The notes under the pieces are model-generated. The model was not told where the DNA came from. It saw only the letters and a program-made list of their open reading frames with translations, and did no database searches. From Giardia intestinalis (taxonomy: Eukaryota): a stretch of DNA of 64,000 nucleotides. The stretch's first letter is position 1; each line of letters begins with the position of its first letter. The stretch lies in assembly GCA_000002435.2 (NCBI GenBank), contig CM018792.1. The stretch is one strand, 5' to 3'. Shown here piece by piece: positions 19,259 to 28,660 of the stretch. A program made the position numbers and the translations under genes.

Positions 19259-22200
19259 ATGCCTTTAGCAGACTCCTCTCCCGCGGCCCCCATGGCCACT
19301 GATATTAGCCGGAAGGACCGGGAGATCGCTCGTCTCTCACATGAGGTGACAACGCTAACGCTCACTGTCATGCATCTGCAGTCAGACATCGATGTCCGAG
19401 ACGCCCAGATTAGAACTTTGAAGAGCTCGTCCGGGGGCTCCTCCACTGACGATGAGGTCAAGGAGCTTATGGAGCTCCTTGGTGGGCTTCAGCAAGAGAC
19501 CCAGCTTCTGAGACAGCAACTGGCTCAAAAGGATGCATTGGTAGATGCTCTCAGTGCAAAGGTGGAGGGCCGGGTGATAGACTTCGTAGCCGTTGTGAAA
19601 GAGAAAGACCTAGAGATTGCAGAGCTGCATGCAGATCTCTCAAGACTTCGGGCAGACCACATACGGACTAAGCGGACACAAGACGGGACAGGCTCCGGGG
19701 CCAAAACCCCAACTACACCTGTTTCTATTAAGCGGTCCTCACTTAGAGAGTCCTTTGGCAATACGCTTGAGTTCAATAAGCTGAACGATGATCTCGCTAG
19801 CCGAGACGAGGAAATAGCGCAGTTGACAACCAGTGTTGCTCGATACCGACGTGAGCTAGAGGAGATTCAGGCAGCAGACGATAGCAAAGCCAGAGAGCTC
19901 CTGGAAAAAGATCGCGAAATTGAGGCCTTCAAGCAATCGATAGAGATCATGGCCAATGATTTGGATCGTAAATCTACCGAGATTGCAAAGCTTACAGAGC
20001 AGTGCAAGACTTTAGAGGCTGAATTGGTGAAGCTCTCGGAGGCGACGCAGAATAATTTGCGATCGTCCAGAACCCTCGAGGGTAAGGTTGAGGAGTTAGA
20101 AGAGCTGAACATGAACCTAGATTTACAACTCTCGCAGGCCAAAGATGATTATGCATCCATGAATTCTTCGATTACTGCAGAGCTCACACAGAGGTGTAGC
20201 GAGCTAGAGCTTCTCAGAAAAGAGGTAGACTCTCTTAAGGAGATTAACAAAACACAGGCTAGTGAAGTCGACACTCTTCTAAGTGACACTAGCGTCTTGC
20301 GGAAGAACAACGAGCAGCTGCAATTGAAGTTGAGAGATTCACTCACAAGACTTGATTCTCAACAGGATCATATTGCAGCGATTAGCGCAGAAAAGCAAGC
20401 AAGTGATGAAGAAATGGCCCTAGTAAAAGCCCAGCTGAACAGTCTTCAAGCCCAAGAAATAGACAATAGAAACGAAATTACCAGTCTTTCCTCTTCGTTA
20501 AACAAAAAAGACGAGCAAATAGCGGTACTTCAAAAACAGGTCGAGGTAATACCAAGCCTTCTAGCAGAGAAGGAAGGCCTGGCCCTTGACCTACGAAAAT
20601 CCACAGATTCACTAAAGGCGGCCACTGACACTATTGATCGTCTCACAGAGGAACTTGTTGACAAAAAGAATAAGATTTGTGCATACAAACATGATAATGA
20701 ATCAATGTTTGAGGATCTTAGAATGCGCAATAACTCTATGGCCCAACTCCAAAATGACCTCAAGAGGCTCAGCGAGAGCGCGTCCCAGCGCGAGGCAGAC
20801 CTGGCCGAACAAGCTCAGAAGCTTAAGGCCGCACTGTCTGATGGAGAGCATCTGACTTGCATCAACATAGGACTCACAGAGGACCTCCAAGCCAAAACAG
20901 AACAGGTGGAAAAACTAGAAAATAATCTGACTGCTGAGAAAGCTATAACATTAGAAAAGAGTCAAGAGTTGGAAAGGGTCTCTGCGCTGCTTGATCAACG
21001 AGAGCATGATCTGGAGGTTGCAGCAGAAACGATTTCCACCATGAAGAGTACCACTGATTCACTAGAAAAGAAGGCTAATGGCCACGAGACCAGAGTTCTT
21101 GAGCTTACTGTCGAAAATGACAGGCTAATGCGGGAACTGACGGAGTGTAGAGGAACATTAGAACAAGCAGAGCAACAGATTCGTGAATTGGAGATTGCAC
21201 AAGCGGCTAAGCATGAAAAGATAGACACACTTGAGAAGGAGTTGCAGCGCTCTACGGAGCTATATTCAAGCAAGGATGCTGAGCTTTTGCACGCTAGCCA
21301 GCGCCTTTCTTCACTCGAGGAAGAAAACAAGGCACTGGAAGCTACAGCCAAGGACTCGTTAAATCAGGTGGCAGCAAAAACCGAGCAGCTCGACGCCTTA
21401 CAACGTAGTGTGGCCGAGTATGATCGGAGCGCACGCGAAAGGGACTTAGAACTAGAAGCTTTAAAGAATGAAGCAGAGGTGTCCAGCACCAGGCTGGCGA
21501 GCTTATTGGCTCAAGAGAACAGCAACAATGACCTTATCGAGGGGCTCAAAAGGCAGGTCAATGAGTTCAGCAACAAGCTTCTGGAAGCCAAGCAGGCACA
21601 ACAGGAGTCCTCTCGACGCTGTGCTGAGCTAGAGACAGACTACTATACCCTACAATGTTCACTAGAGGAAAAGCAGGCCAGCCTCCAATTAGAGACAGAA
21701 AAGTGTACGAACATGGCCCACAAACTCTCGGAGGCCACTTACTTAGCAGAAAAGTACGAGGGGGAGAAGGCCCAGCTTATCTCCCAATTGCAGCAGACCC
21801 GAGAAGACCTTAAGGAGGCCGAGAAGGAAGCTGAATTGGTGAGAACCAACCTTAAAGAGAAAATAACAGAGTGTGATGGCCTTGCAGTCAAACTGTCACT
21901 TCTAGAAGACGAGCACGAGGTTCTCAAGGTCAACTATGCCCGTGATAAGGGTGAGCTTAAGGAAAAGGAAAGGCAAATGGAGGACCTTGAGAATGAGCTA
22001 CTGGTCGCTGAGGACAATGTTCGAGAGCTCACAAACGAAATGGATGAGATGCGGCGCCAGCTTGAAAGTGTCCTCCATGAAAAGCAGCTACAGGAGGTCG
22101 AAGTTAATAGAGTCACTAATACCCTCAACGTGACAACTGATACGATGAAAAAGCAATCTGCGGAACGAACCTTGCTTATGGAGAAACTCCGATTGAAAGA

Positions 22201-22366
22201 GGAGGAATACCGTATACCACAAGAATCGCTGATCAAGATGGCGTTCTATCTCCGTGAAAAAGGCGATGAAGTAACCAAGTTAAACGAATTGTTAGCCGAA
22301 AAACAGAAAACTATAGATGACCTTTTGTTACGAATAGAAACGACAAACGATCCTGCAATTGCTTAA
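19259..22366 (+). CDS. Large coiled-coil protein (1035 aa)
   Basis: ATG at 19259. Continuous coiled-coil sequence. The sequence AGTGAAT lies 15 nt after the stop. Confidence 0.6.
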   Translation: MPLADSSPAAPMATDISRKDREIARLSHEVTTLTLTVMHLQSDIDVRDAQIRTLKSSSGGSSTDDEVKELMELLGGLQQETQLLRQQLAQKDALVDALSAKVEGRVIDFVAVVKEKDLEIAELHADLSRLRADHIRTKRTQDGTGSGAKTPTTPVSIKRSSLRESFGNTLEFNKLNDDLASRDEEIAQLTTSVARYRRELEEIQAADDSKARELLEKDREIEAFKQSIEIMANDLDRKSTEIAKLTEQCKTLEAELVKLSEATQNNLRSSRTLEGKVEELEELNMNLDLQLSQAKDDYASMNSSITAELTQRCSELELLRKEVDSLKEINKTQASEVDTLLSDTSVLRKNNEQLQLKLRDSLTRLDSQQDHIAAISAEKQASDEEMALVKAQLNSLQAQEIDNRNEITSLSSSLNKKDEQIAVLQKQVEVIPSLLAEKEGLALDLRKSTDSLKAATDTIDRLTEELVDKKNKICAYKHDNESMFEDLRMRNNSMAQLQNDLKRLSESASQREADLAEQAQKLKAALSDGEHLTCINIGLTEDLQAKTEQVEKLENNLTAEKAITLEKSQELERVSALLDQREHDLEVAAETISTMKSTTDSLEKKANGHETRVLELTVENDRLMRELTECRGTLEQAEQQIRELEIAQAAKHEKIDTLEKELQRSTELYSSKDAELLHASQRLSSLEEENKALEATAKDSLNQVAAKTEQLDALQRSVAEYDRSARERDLELEALKNEAEVSSTRLASLLAQENSNNDLIEGLKRQVNEFSNKLLEAKQAQQESSRRCAELETDYYTLQCSLEEKQASLQLETEKCTNMAHKLSEATYLAEKYEGEKAQLISQLQQTREDLKEAEKEAELVRTNLKEKITECDGLAVKLSLLEDEHEVLKVNYARDKGELKEKERQMEDLENELLVAEDNVRELTNEMDEMRRQLESVLHEKQLQEVEVNRVTNTLNVTTDTMKKQSAERTLLMEKLRLKEEEYRIPQESLIKMAFYLREKGDEVTKLNELLAEKQKTIDDLLLRIETTNDPAIA

Positions 22367-22397
22367 TCTTAGATCTTAGTAGTGAATAGTGCCAGTT

Positions 22398-22419
22398 TCT
22401 CTTGAACATCTCTTGAACA
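22398..22419 (+). repeat. Perfect tandem duplication 2 x tctcttgaaca in the promoter of the next gene
   Basis: Direct reading of gccagtt tctcttgaaca tctcttgaaca cgg, about 70 nt upstream of the ATG at 22491. Confidence 0.5.
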
Positions 22420-22490
22420 CGGTTTGTGAGCATTTGTCAGATTTTCGGCAAAAAACGTTGTAGTAGAAACTATCCTGAGACTCTCGCCAC

Positions 22491-25385
22491 ATGGAGGCCT
22501 CGGGGACAGCTTGTGAGCATCTCGACTGCCGGGTGGAGACGCTAAACTTCATCAGTGACCTTGTTGAGCTGGTGGGACACTATGAAGAGGTGGTTGTTAC
22601 TAATCTGCAAAGTAGGAACGATGCTATGGAAGTAGAGGTTCAGGACTTACGCTTAAGGCTTGAAGAAGCAATATCAACTGGCCAAGCCGTGGAAGCCCGG
22701 ACGGCTGAGGCCATCTTTTTAGCCATGACGTCGATGATCAAAGAATTGTCACTTCAGGAAGAGAAGAACATTGAATTGGATGTACCCAATCAGGACCTAT
22801 CCTCCTCGCTGCATGCAATGATTGCAGATAAAGTTAGCGCCTACAAACTCCAGCTTGCAGAGGACGCCAAGGCTATGAGGGAGAAGTTTGAATCGGTGTC
22901 ATCGAAGAATCGAGCTCTAGAGCAACGCATAGCTGAAGTCACTGCCACTTTACGCGCAATCGGAGAGGAGCTAGTGTCTTCTGTGACCCATAGTTCTTCA
23001 CAGGCCTCTGAACTTAGTTCTTCCACGGCCAATCTCACCTTCTTCATGGATGACGGTGCAGCGCTCTCGACAGTGCTTGCAGACCTTGCTGGTGCAGTGA
23101 AGGTGGTCTCAGAACACAATGCACAGACGTGTGCCAAGCTCTTGCAGGCAGAGAGCGAGTTGTTGTTTTACAAGACACAGGCACAAACGCGAGCAGATAG
23201 TGAGCAGAAGGCACTGGAAAGTTTGTCCAACCAAGTAGCCGAAGGCGAAAAACTCAAGAGGGAGACTAGTGATGCTCTCAACTTGATCTCAGACTTGCAG
23301 ATGGGGCTATATGCGAAGAACTCCGAAATATCTGAGCTTCAGAAGGAGCTCAAAAGCCTGTCAGACATGCTCAAAGTGGAGGAGGTGAAAACTGCCGATC
23401 TTAATAGAGAGCTCCTCTCCACGCAGAAGGTCTTGGCAGAGACGCGGTCCAACCTTCTTACAGAACAAGCACGAGTCTCAGCCATGAGTGGTGCTTCACT
23501 GCAACTTGAACAAGCACAGAAAGATTTGCGTACTGCCGAGCTGACCATTGCAAAGCTCAAGACCGAGCACCAAGACATGGAGCAGGCAATGGTTCTACAA
23601 ACAGATACCATTAAACAGCTGAATGCGACATTACATGACACTCTTGAAGACAAATCCAGACTCGATGCAAAATTATGTGAGGATGCCACCACAAGACAAA
23701 ACGCTACACAGGAGCTTTATCGGAGGCTCGACGAGTTGTCTTTGCAAAATGCAGAGCTACATGCTCGTGTTGTTTCCCTTGAGCAGGAATTAGGAGAGAC
23801 CACAGAGCGGTTATCAAAGGCCCTGAAGGCTGCAGAAGCTCAAGCAGAAAAAGCGATCTCAGAAAATAAGGCAGCAAGCAGTCGGATTTTGAAGTTAGAG
23901 GAGACGGAGCAAATTTTGACAGAAAATCTAAAGGATTGTGAATTAGAGTTGGCGCGTGTGCACGAGGCTAACATTGCGTTACAAACAGACATCGTAGAGA
24001 TATCTCAAGAAAAGGAACAAGTCAAGGAGCAATCCTCCGCTAATGAAAGACTGGTGCACGAGCGCCTTGAACGGACTGAGCAGATCATGTCAGAAATGGC
24101 TGCCGAAATGGACTCTCTTAAGCAACAAATAGAGAATCTGACAACAGATATTCACATCAGAGAGGAAATGATAGCGAACTGTGAAGAGGAGATTGGCAGA
24201 TTAGACGCCTTGCATGCAGCAACGACAGAGGAGCTCCAAAGGATAAACCATCAAAAAGAGAGCCTAGAAGACGAACTGGCGCAGAAAGATTTGCAGCTGG
24301 AAAAGGCAAACTTTAGCTTAGTCAGTGCTACCAGTGATATGCAGACTGCTTTAAAGTCTGCAGAGGATGCTTTCACAGATAGATACCTGAAAGCACTTGA
24401 AGATCTTAAGGTCGCAAGGGCGGGCTCTGTGGAGCTAGAGGAGAGACTAGCCAATCTCCGATCAGAATTACAATCAGCACATCTTCGTCTTGATGAAAAG
24501 AATGCTGAACTAGAAGTCTTGCTGTTACAAAATGATGCCACGTTCAAGGACAAACTGGCCATCATTGAGGAACTCCAGGCCAACTTGGCACAGCGAGATG
24601 GCTCTATCGAGGCCTTATCGTCACAAAATGATTGCCTACTGGGTACTGTGCAGGAACTCAACACACGAGTTCGTGAGCTAGAAGACGAGCTTGAAGTTAC
24701 AACAAGAATAACTGCAGAGCAGGAGGATCAGCTGCAGCGTCTGCTGATTAATGGTTCCGATTTGCAGAAGGATCAACTAGCAGAGCAAACGACTTTGCTA
24801 TCACAGCAAGATGCAAGGATCAGTACCCTCAGGAACGATCTGTCTAACATAGAGCAACGTCTTTTTGAACTGGTCGATGCCGCTAATAGGATATTCGAGC
24901 TCCTGACAGAGTTAGCAGAAAATAGTAACCAAAGTATGGTAGAGCTTTCTAAGGTAGGCTCGAGGAGCGTGTCGCGGGCCGCATCTGTCGCAGAGTCGCT
25001 TGCTCTATCCACTCTTTCTACCGCAAAATCTATTGGACCTGCTCGTTTGTTAGTTGAGACCACCATGCAGCAAAAGGATTCAGAGGCTGCACTAGCTATT
25101 GAACGCATGACACGGCTGGAAGCAACCATGACGTCTATTCGTGAAAGTGTTGTCGGCATCATCACGCTTACAAAGCAGCGTCTTGAGGAAGTTGTAGCGC
25201 TTCAAGAGCGCATCAGTGTGAAGGAGAAGGAGGTGAATTTGCTCCTCGATCTAACAAAATCTCGTGAGGATCGAATTAACGTCTTGCTTGAAGAGATAAG
25301 CAACAAAGGTGTAACGATTTCCGAGCAGGCAGAAGTCATTGACAAAATGGTGAAGGATTTAGAAGCACTTCGCGGAGCCTTATAG
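22491..25385 (+). CDS. Large coiled-coil protein (964 aa)
   Basis: ATG at 22491. Coiled-coil composition throughout. Confidence 0.6.
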   Translation: MEASGTACEHLDCRVETLNFISDLVELVGHYEEVVVTNLQSRNDAMEVEVQDLRLRLEEAISTGQAVEARTAEAIFLAMTSMIKELSLQEEKNIELDVPNQDLSSSLHAMIADKVSAYKLQLAEDAKAMREKFESVSSKNRALEQRIAEVTATLRAIGEELVSSVTHSSSQASELSSSTANLTFFMDDGAALSTVLADLAGAVKVVSEHNAQTCAKLLQAESELLFYKTQAQTRADSEQKALESLSNQVAEGEKLKRETSDALNLISDLQMGLYAKNSEISELQKELKSLSDMLKVEEVKTADLNRELLSTQKVLAETRSNLLTEQARVSAMSGASLQLEQAQKDLRTAELTIAKLKTEHQDMEQAMVLQTDTIKQLNATLHDTLEDKSRLDAKLCEDATTRQNATQELYRRLDELSLQNAELHARVVSLEQELGETTERLSKALKAAEAQAEKAISENKAASSRILKLEETEQILTENLKDCELELARVHEANIALQTDIVEISQEKEQVKEQSSANERLVHERLERTEQIMSEMAAEMDSLKQQIENLTTDIHIREEMIANCEEEIGRLDALHAATTEELQRINHQKESLEDELAQKDLQLEKANFSLVSATSDMQTALKSAEDAFTDRYLKALEDLKVARAGSVELEERLANLRSELQSAHLRLDEKNAELEVLLLQNDATFKDKLAIIEELQANLAQRDGSIEALSSQNDCLLGTVQELNTRVRELEDELEVTTRITAEQEDQLQRLLINGSDLQKDQLAEQTTLLSQQDARISTLRNDLSNIEQRLFELVDAANRIFELLTELAENSNQSMVELSKVGSRSVSRAASVAESLALSTLSTAKSIGPARLLVETTMQQKDSEAALAIERMTRLEATMTSIRESVVGIITLTKQRLEEVVALQERISVKEKEVNLLLDLTKSREDRINVLLEEISNKGVTISEQAEVIDKMVKDLEALRGAL

Positions 25386-25490
25386 GTTTCTGTCGGTAAT
25401 GTGCAAACGGCACTAAGTCGCATAAGTACACTGTTCACTAGTGAGGCTGAGTCCCTGGCGTGCATTAGGAGACGGGCTAGTGAAGATAAT

Positions 25491-27800
25491 TTAGAAGATC
25501 CATTTAAATGTATCCGTGTTGACAAATGTGGAGAGGAAAAAGGCAGTCAAGTTCATGACAACAATCACGCATGCACTGCAGATAATGGTAACTTTTCTGC
25601 ACTTGGTCATCTTCTTCAGCAACGCGACACGCCACGGATCCGTCATGTCAGGCTCGGGATACTCTTCACTGGGAGCCTCCAATGTGCCTCCATTCTGCTC
25701 TAGCTCAGCAGCCACTTCCAAAGCAATACGCATGTCCTCCGGCAAATTAGGATCTGCAAGTAAAGAAGCGTTGTGTATATTGGTCTGTTCAGTTAAGAGA
25801 TCGAACGTATGTGTTGGCTTAGAGTCTGCAATGGACATTGCCCTGTAGCGATTTGCAGTGGCTACTGCCAGTGCGCTTTCTGAGGTAGGCGCAGGTGCTG
25901 GGAAAGCACGTTGGCTCAGCCGTCTAGGAACAGGAAGGCTAGGCTTTTCTTCTGGCTTGGGGGGCCCTGTGCAAGCTGTGTGAGCAAGTGTAGGCGCAGG
26001 TGCAGATGTAGAAGGCATACTGGGATCTACAGACTGACCAGACGTCTGCCAAATGTTATGAGACGATCCGCCCACTTCTTCTATCCCAGATCTCACGACG
26101 CAGGGAGCCAACTCATTTGCTGATGACTCCTGTGTCCTTGTTTGCGAACTGTACCCTTTAATGGACAAAATGGATGCCACCTCGGCCTTTTGGGGAGCTG
26201 CCAGTGTTGCCGCACGGTTGCGCGTCTCATTAGCCCGTTGCTCCGTTCTAATTTGAGATCGTGACCTTTCTCTGTTGTTTATGGAGCGTTCTCGAACGAA
26301 AACCTTGCTCATCGTACGCGCCTGGCCCATGGTCATCCCCAAAAATGCAAAGGCGCCAACGGCAACAGAGTCGGTCCTACCTCTCTTCAGGACAGTGTCC
26401 CTTCTGTGAGGCTCTGGGAGAGCCTCAGGGTTTACGTACCCTACTTCATCATCGTCGTCTGTGTGAGGTATGCGTGAGTGAGCTGCAATTTCAGGAACCT
26501 TCCACCGGATGAACAATGGGACAAGCCAGTATACTGCTATACCAAATAGCGCAGCTATTGCATTAAAGACTGTGTCTATTGAAGGAATGAATGTTGACAT
26601 TAGTACGGCCACAACGGTAAGGGACACTCCGATTGTAATAAAGATAATGTGACCTTTCCGCGTCTGTTTATCTATGTTCCACCACGACATGATGATTACT
26701 CGAATTGGAAACATGATAATTGCAAACGATAAAGCAACCACGAAAGCGTAAAGAAGGCGAATAACAGTCATGTAGATATTGGACGGGGGGAAGGAGATGA
26801 GTACGTTTGCTTGTATGACTTGACTAAACATAAGTGCAGACCCAATCCCATTGAGGAGATATAGGATCAAGCTGACTGTGATAGCGATAGTAATTGCCTT
26901 CTTCAAGAGAAGACGACGTTTGTTTGGGGTACCCTGAAGCTCAGAGAGGAGCGGGGCAATACTCGCATGGCACCCAAACAGTGGCATGAAGACAGAAACA
27001 CGTCTGACAATTTCGAGAAACGCCATCCACGGGACAGTGTGTGCAGGGGCGTAGATGAACATAGGATTGGGAAAGGGTTTCCATGATCCGATGGTGGAGT
27101 CCTGCGACGGCCCAGCAAACCCATTGCTCAGAGCTTTCTTGTAGAGAGAGCTTTCGGTGATTCCTGCAACGTTGCATGCCACCTCCTTTTTAACTAATCC
27201 AGCGATGAAGTAGCCAAAGACAGAGAGAACAGTGATCAGTATAAAGAGGATACAGAAGCCAGAGATGTTGCTGAGAGCGGCGGGAGACTTCAATATTGTT
27301 GTAGGGATCAACAGAACTCCGATGATTACCTTGATATACTCCAATCTAAAAGAGGCTTTTCCGTGTGAGAATCCCGTGATACACGCGCTGATGTATTCTC
27401 CGCAAATAGAGATGTAGACGACTAAGAGCCCGGTGTACATTAGGACAATGCAGACGTCCATCGCCATTGCTATCTTGTTCCCAAACATGGCAACTACACA
27501 ACCCCGCAGCGTCCGAGATTGTGTGAAATGGGCTGTGTCAATGATTGCATAAAATCCAAAAAGACTGTAGGTAAATGCAAATGCCATGATGAATAGCGCC
27601 ACGACCCACCCGAGGCGCACAATGGTAAATGGAAGAGAAAGGAGAGCAGCCCCGACCATCGTATTGGAGAGGGTTAGGGCTGTGCCATATGTGGCCAAAA
27701 AGTCACTCTGCTCCTTTTTGACCTTTGCCGAGCCAGCAGAGACCTTTACAGCATCCCCAGAAAGTGACTCGAGTGCTTTCCTGTCGCTCCTACGCACCAT
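25491..27800 (-). CDS. Amino-acid transporter (Aa_trans / AAAP-like) with a long hydrophilic C-terminal tail
   Basis: 769 aa. About 10-11 hydrophobic helices in the first 480 or so aa. N-terminal region TYGTALTLSNTMVGAALLSLPFTIVRLGW is typical of Aa_trans. The 290-aa Ser/Pro/Ala-rich tail ends with one more hydrophobic segment. ATG at 27800. Confidence 0.65.
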   Translation of the reverse strand: MVRRSDRKALESLSGDAVKVSAGSAKVKKEQSDFLATYGTALTLSNTMVGAALLSLPFTIVRLGWVVALFIMAFAFTYSLFGFYAIIDTAHFTQSRTLRGCVVAMFGNKIAMAMDVCIVLMYTGLLVVYISICGEYISACITGFSHGKASFRLEYIKVIIGVLLIPTTILKSPAALSNISGFCILFILITVLSVFGYFIAGLVKKEVACNVAGITESSLYKKALSNGFAGPSQDSTIGSWKPFPNPMFIYAPAHTVPWMAFLEIVRRVSVFMPLFGCHASIAPLLSELQGTPNKRRLLLKKAITIAITVSLILYLLNGIGSALMFSQVIQANVLISFPPSNIYMTVIRLLYAFVVALSFAIIMFPIRVIIMSWWNIDKQTRKGHIIFITIGVSLTVVAVLMSTFIPSIDTVFNAIAALFGIAVYWLVPLFIRWKVPEIAAHSRIPHTDDDDEVGYVNPEALPEPHRRDTVLKRGRTDSVAVGAFAFLGMTMGQARTMSKVFVRERSINNRERSRSQIRTEQRANETRNRAATLAAPQKAEVASILSIKGYSSQTRTQESSANELAPCVVRSGIEEVGGSSHNIWQTSGQSVDPSMPSTSAPAPTLAHTACTGPPKPEEKPSLPVPRRLSQRAFPAPAPTSESALAVATANRYRAMSIADSKPTHTFDLLTEQTNIHNASLLADPNLPEDMRIALEVAAELEQNGGTLEAPSEEYPEPDMTDPWRVALLKKMTKCRKVTIICSACVIVVMNLTAFFLSTFVNTDTFKWIF

Positions 27801-27890
27801 GGGGAAATGCTTCCTGTCGATACCAAAACCTTCAAAAAAAATCTGCGTTTCAAAAAAATACTGATAACCCCTTGCTCATCAACTGTCAGA

Positions 27891-28523
27891 ATGAATGCCA
27901 TCCTGATCGGTCGCCTGAACGGGGCAGTAGTCCTCTGCTACAAGGAGCTGAAGCCTGCTGCGGCTGCGAATCTCGGTGCTCATATGCGGGGTGTTCTGGA
28001 GCAGCTCACTCCCGGTTCTCCGCCGCGGCAGTCATACTCGGACGAGGGCATAAACATCCACTACTCCATATTATCTGGCGTCGTTTATATGGCTGCTGCA
28101 GGAAAGGGCGTCTCTGTCACGGCGGCCATGAGCTTCTTGCAGAGCATGGCCGGGCTTTTCTCGGTGAAGTTCTCGCCCAACACCATCTCCGTGGCTACAA
28201 GCGAAGCCCCCTTCTCCTCCTTCATCCCGGAGATCGAGAAGCTTGCCCGTGATGCAGACACGCGGTCTGCTATGCTTCAGCTTCAAACAGAGACGCAAGA
28301 GATCAAATCACAGGTCATGCAGTCAGTGGAGAGCATACTGAACAGGGGGAACAAGCTCAGTGACATAGAGACACAGGCCGCAGATCTGCTGACTCGCGCA
28401 AAGGACATAATGGGAGATGCCCAGCAGATGAATCGCGAAGCCTTTTGGCGTCAGTACAGCGTTTTCATCGTCATAGGGGCGATTGTCGTACTCTTCATTC
28501 TCCTAAAGATTTTCTTCAGGTAA
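27891..28523 (+). CDS. Longin-domain R-SNARE (VAMP7/Sec22-like)
   Basis: N-terminal longin-like region MNAILIGRLNGAVVLCY. SNARE heptads with Arg at the zero layer: ILNRGNKLSDIETQAADLLTRAKDI (cf. VLERDQKLSELDDRADAL). C-terminal TM VFIVIGAIVVLFILLKIFF. The track ORF starts at an upstream ATG (27807) inside a K-rich AT stretch. I prefer the ATG at 27891. Confidence 0.7.
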   Translation: MNAILIGRLNGAVVLCYKELKPAAAANLGAHMRGVLEQLTPGSPPRQSYSDEGINIHYSILSGVVYMAAAGKGVSVTAAMSFLQSMAGLFSVKFSPNTISVATSEAPFSSFIPEIEKLARDADTRSAMLQLQTETQEIKSQVMQSVESILNRGNKLSDIETQAADLLTRAKDIMGDAQQMNREAFWRQYSVFIVIGAIVVLFILLKIFFR

Positions 28524-28660
28524 ATGGACTCGATGCTCTTGTTCCCAAATGCGAATTTGCAGCACGGAAGTCCGTATGGAGGCCGATTGCGGGAGACCGA
28601 CCGATTCCAGCTGTCTACTAATTATTTAGCCATAGTCGTTAAAATTAAAATTAGTTTTCA

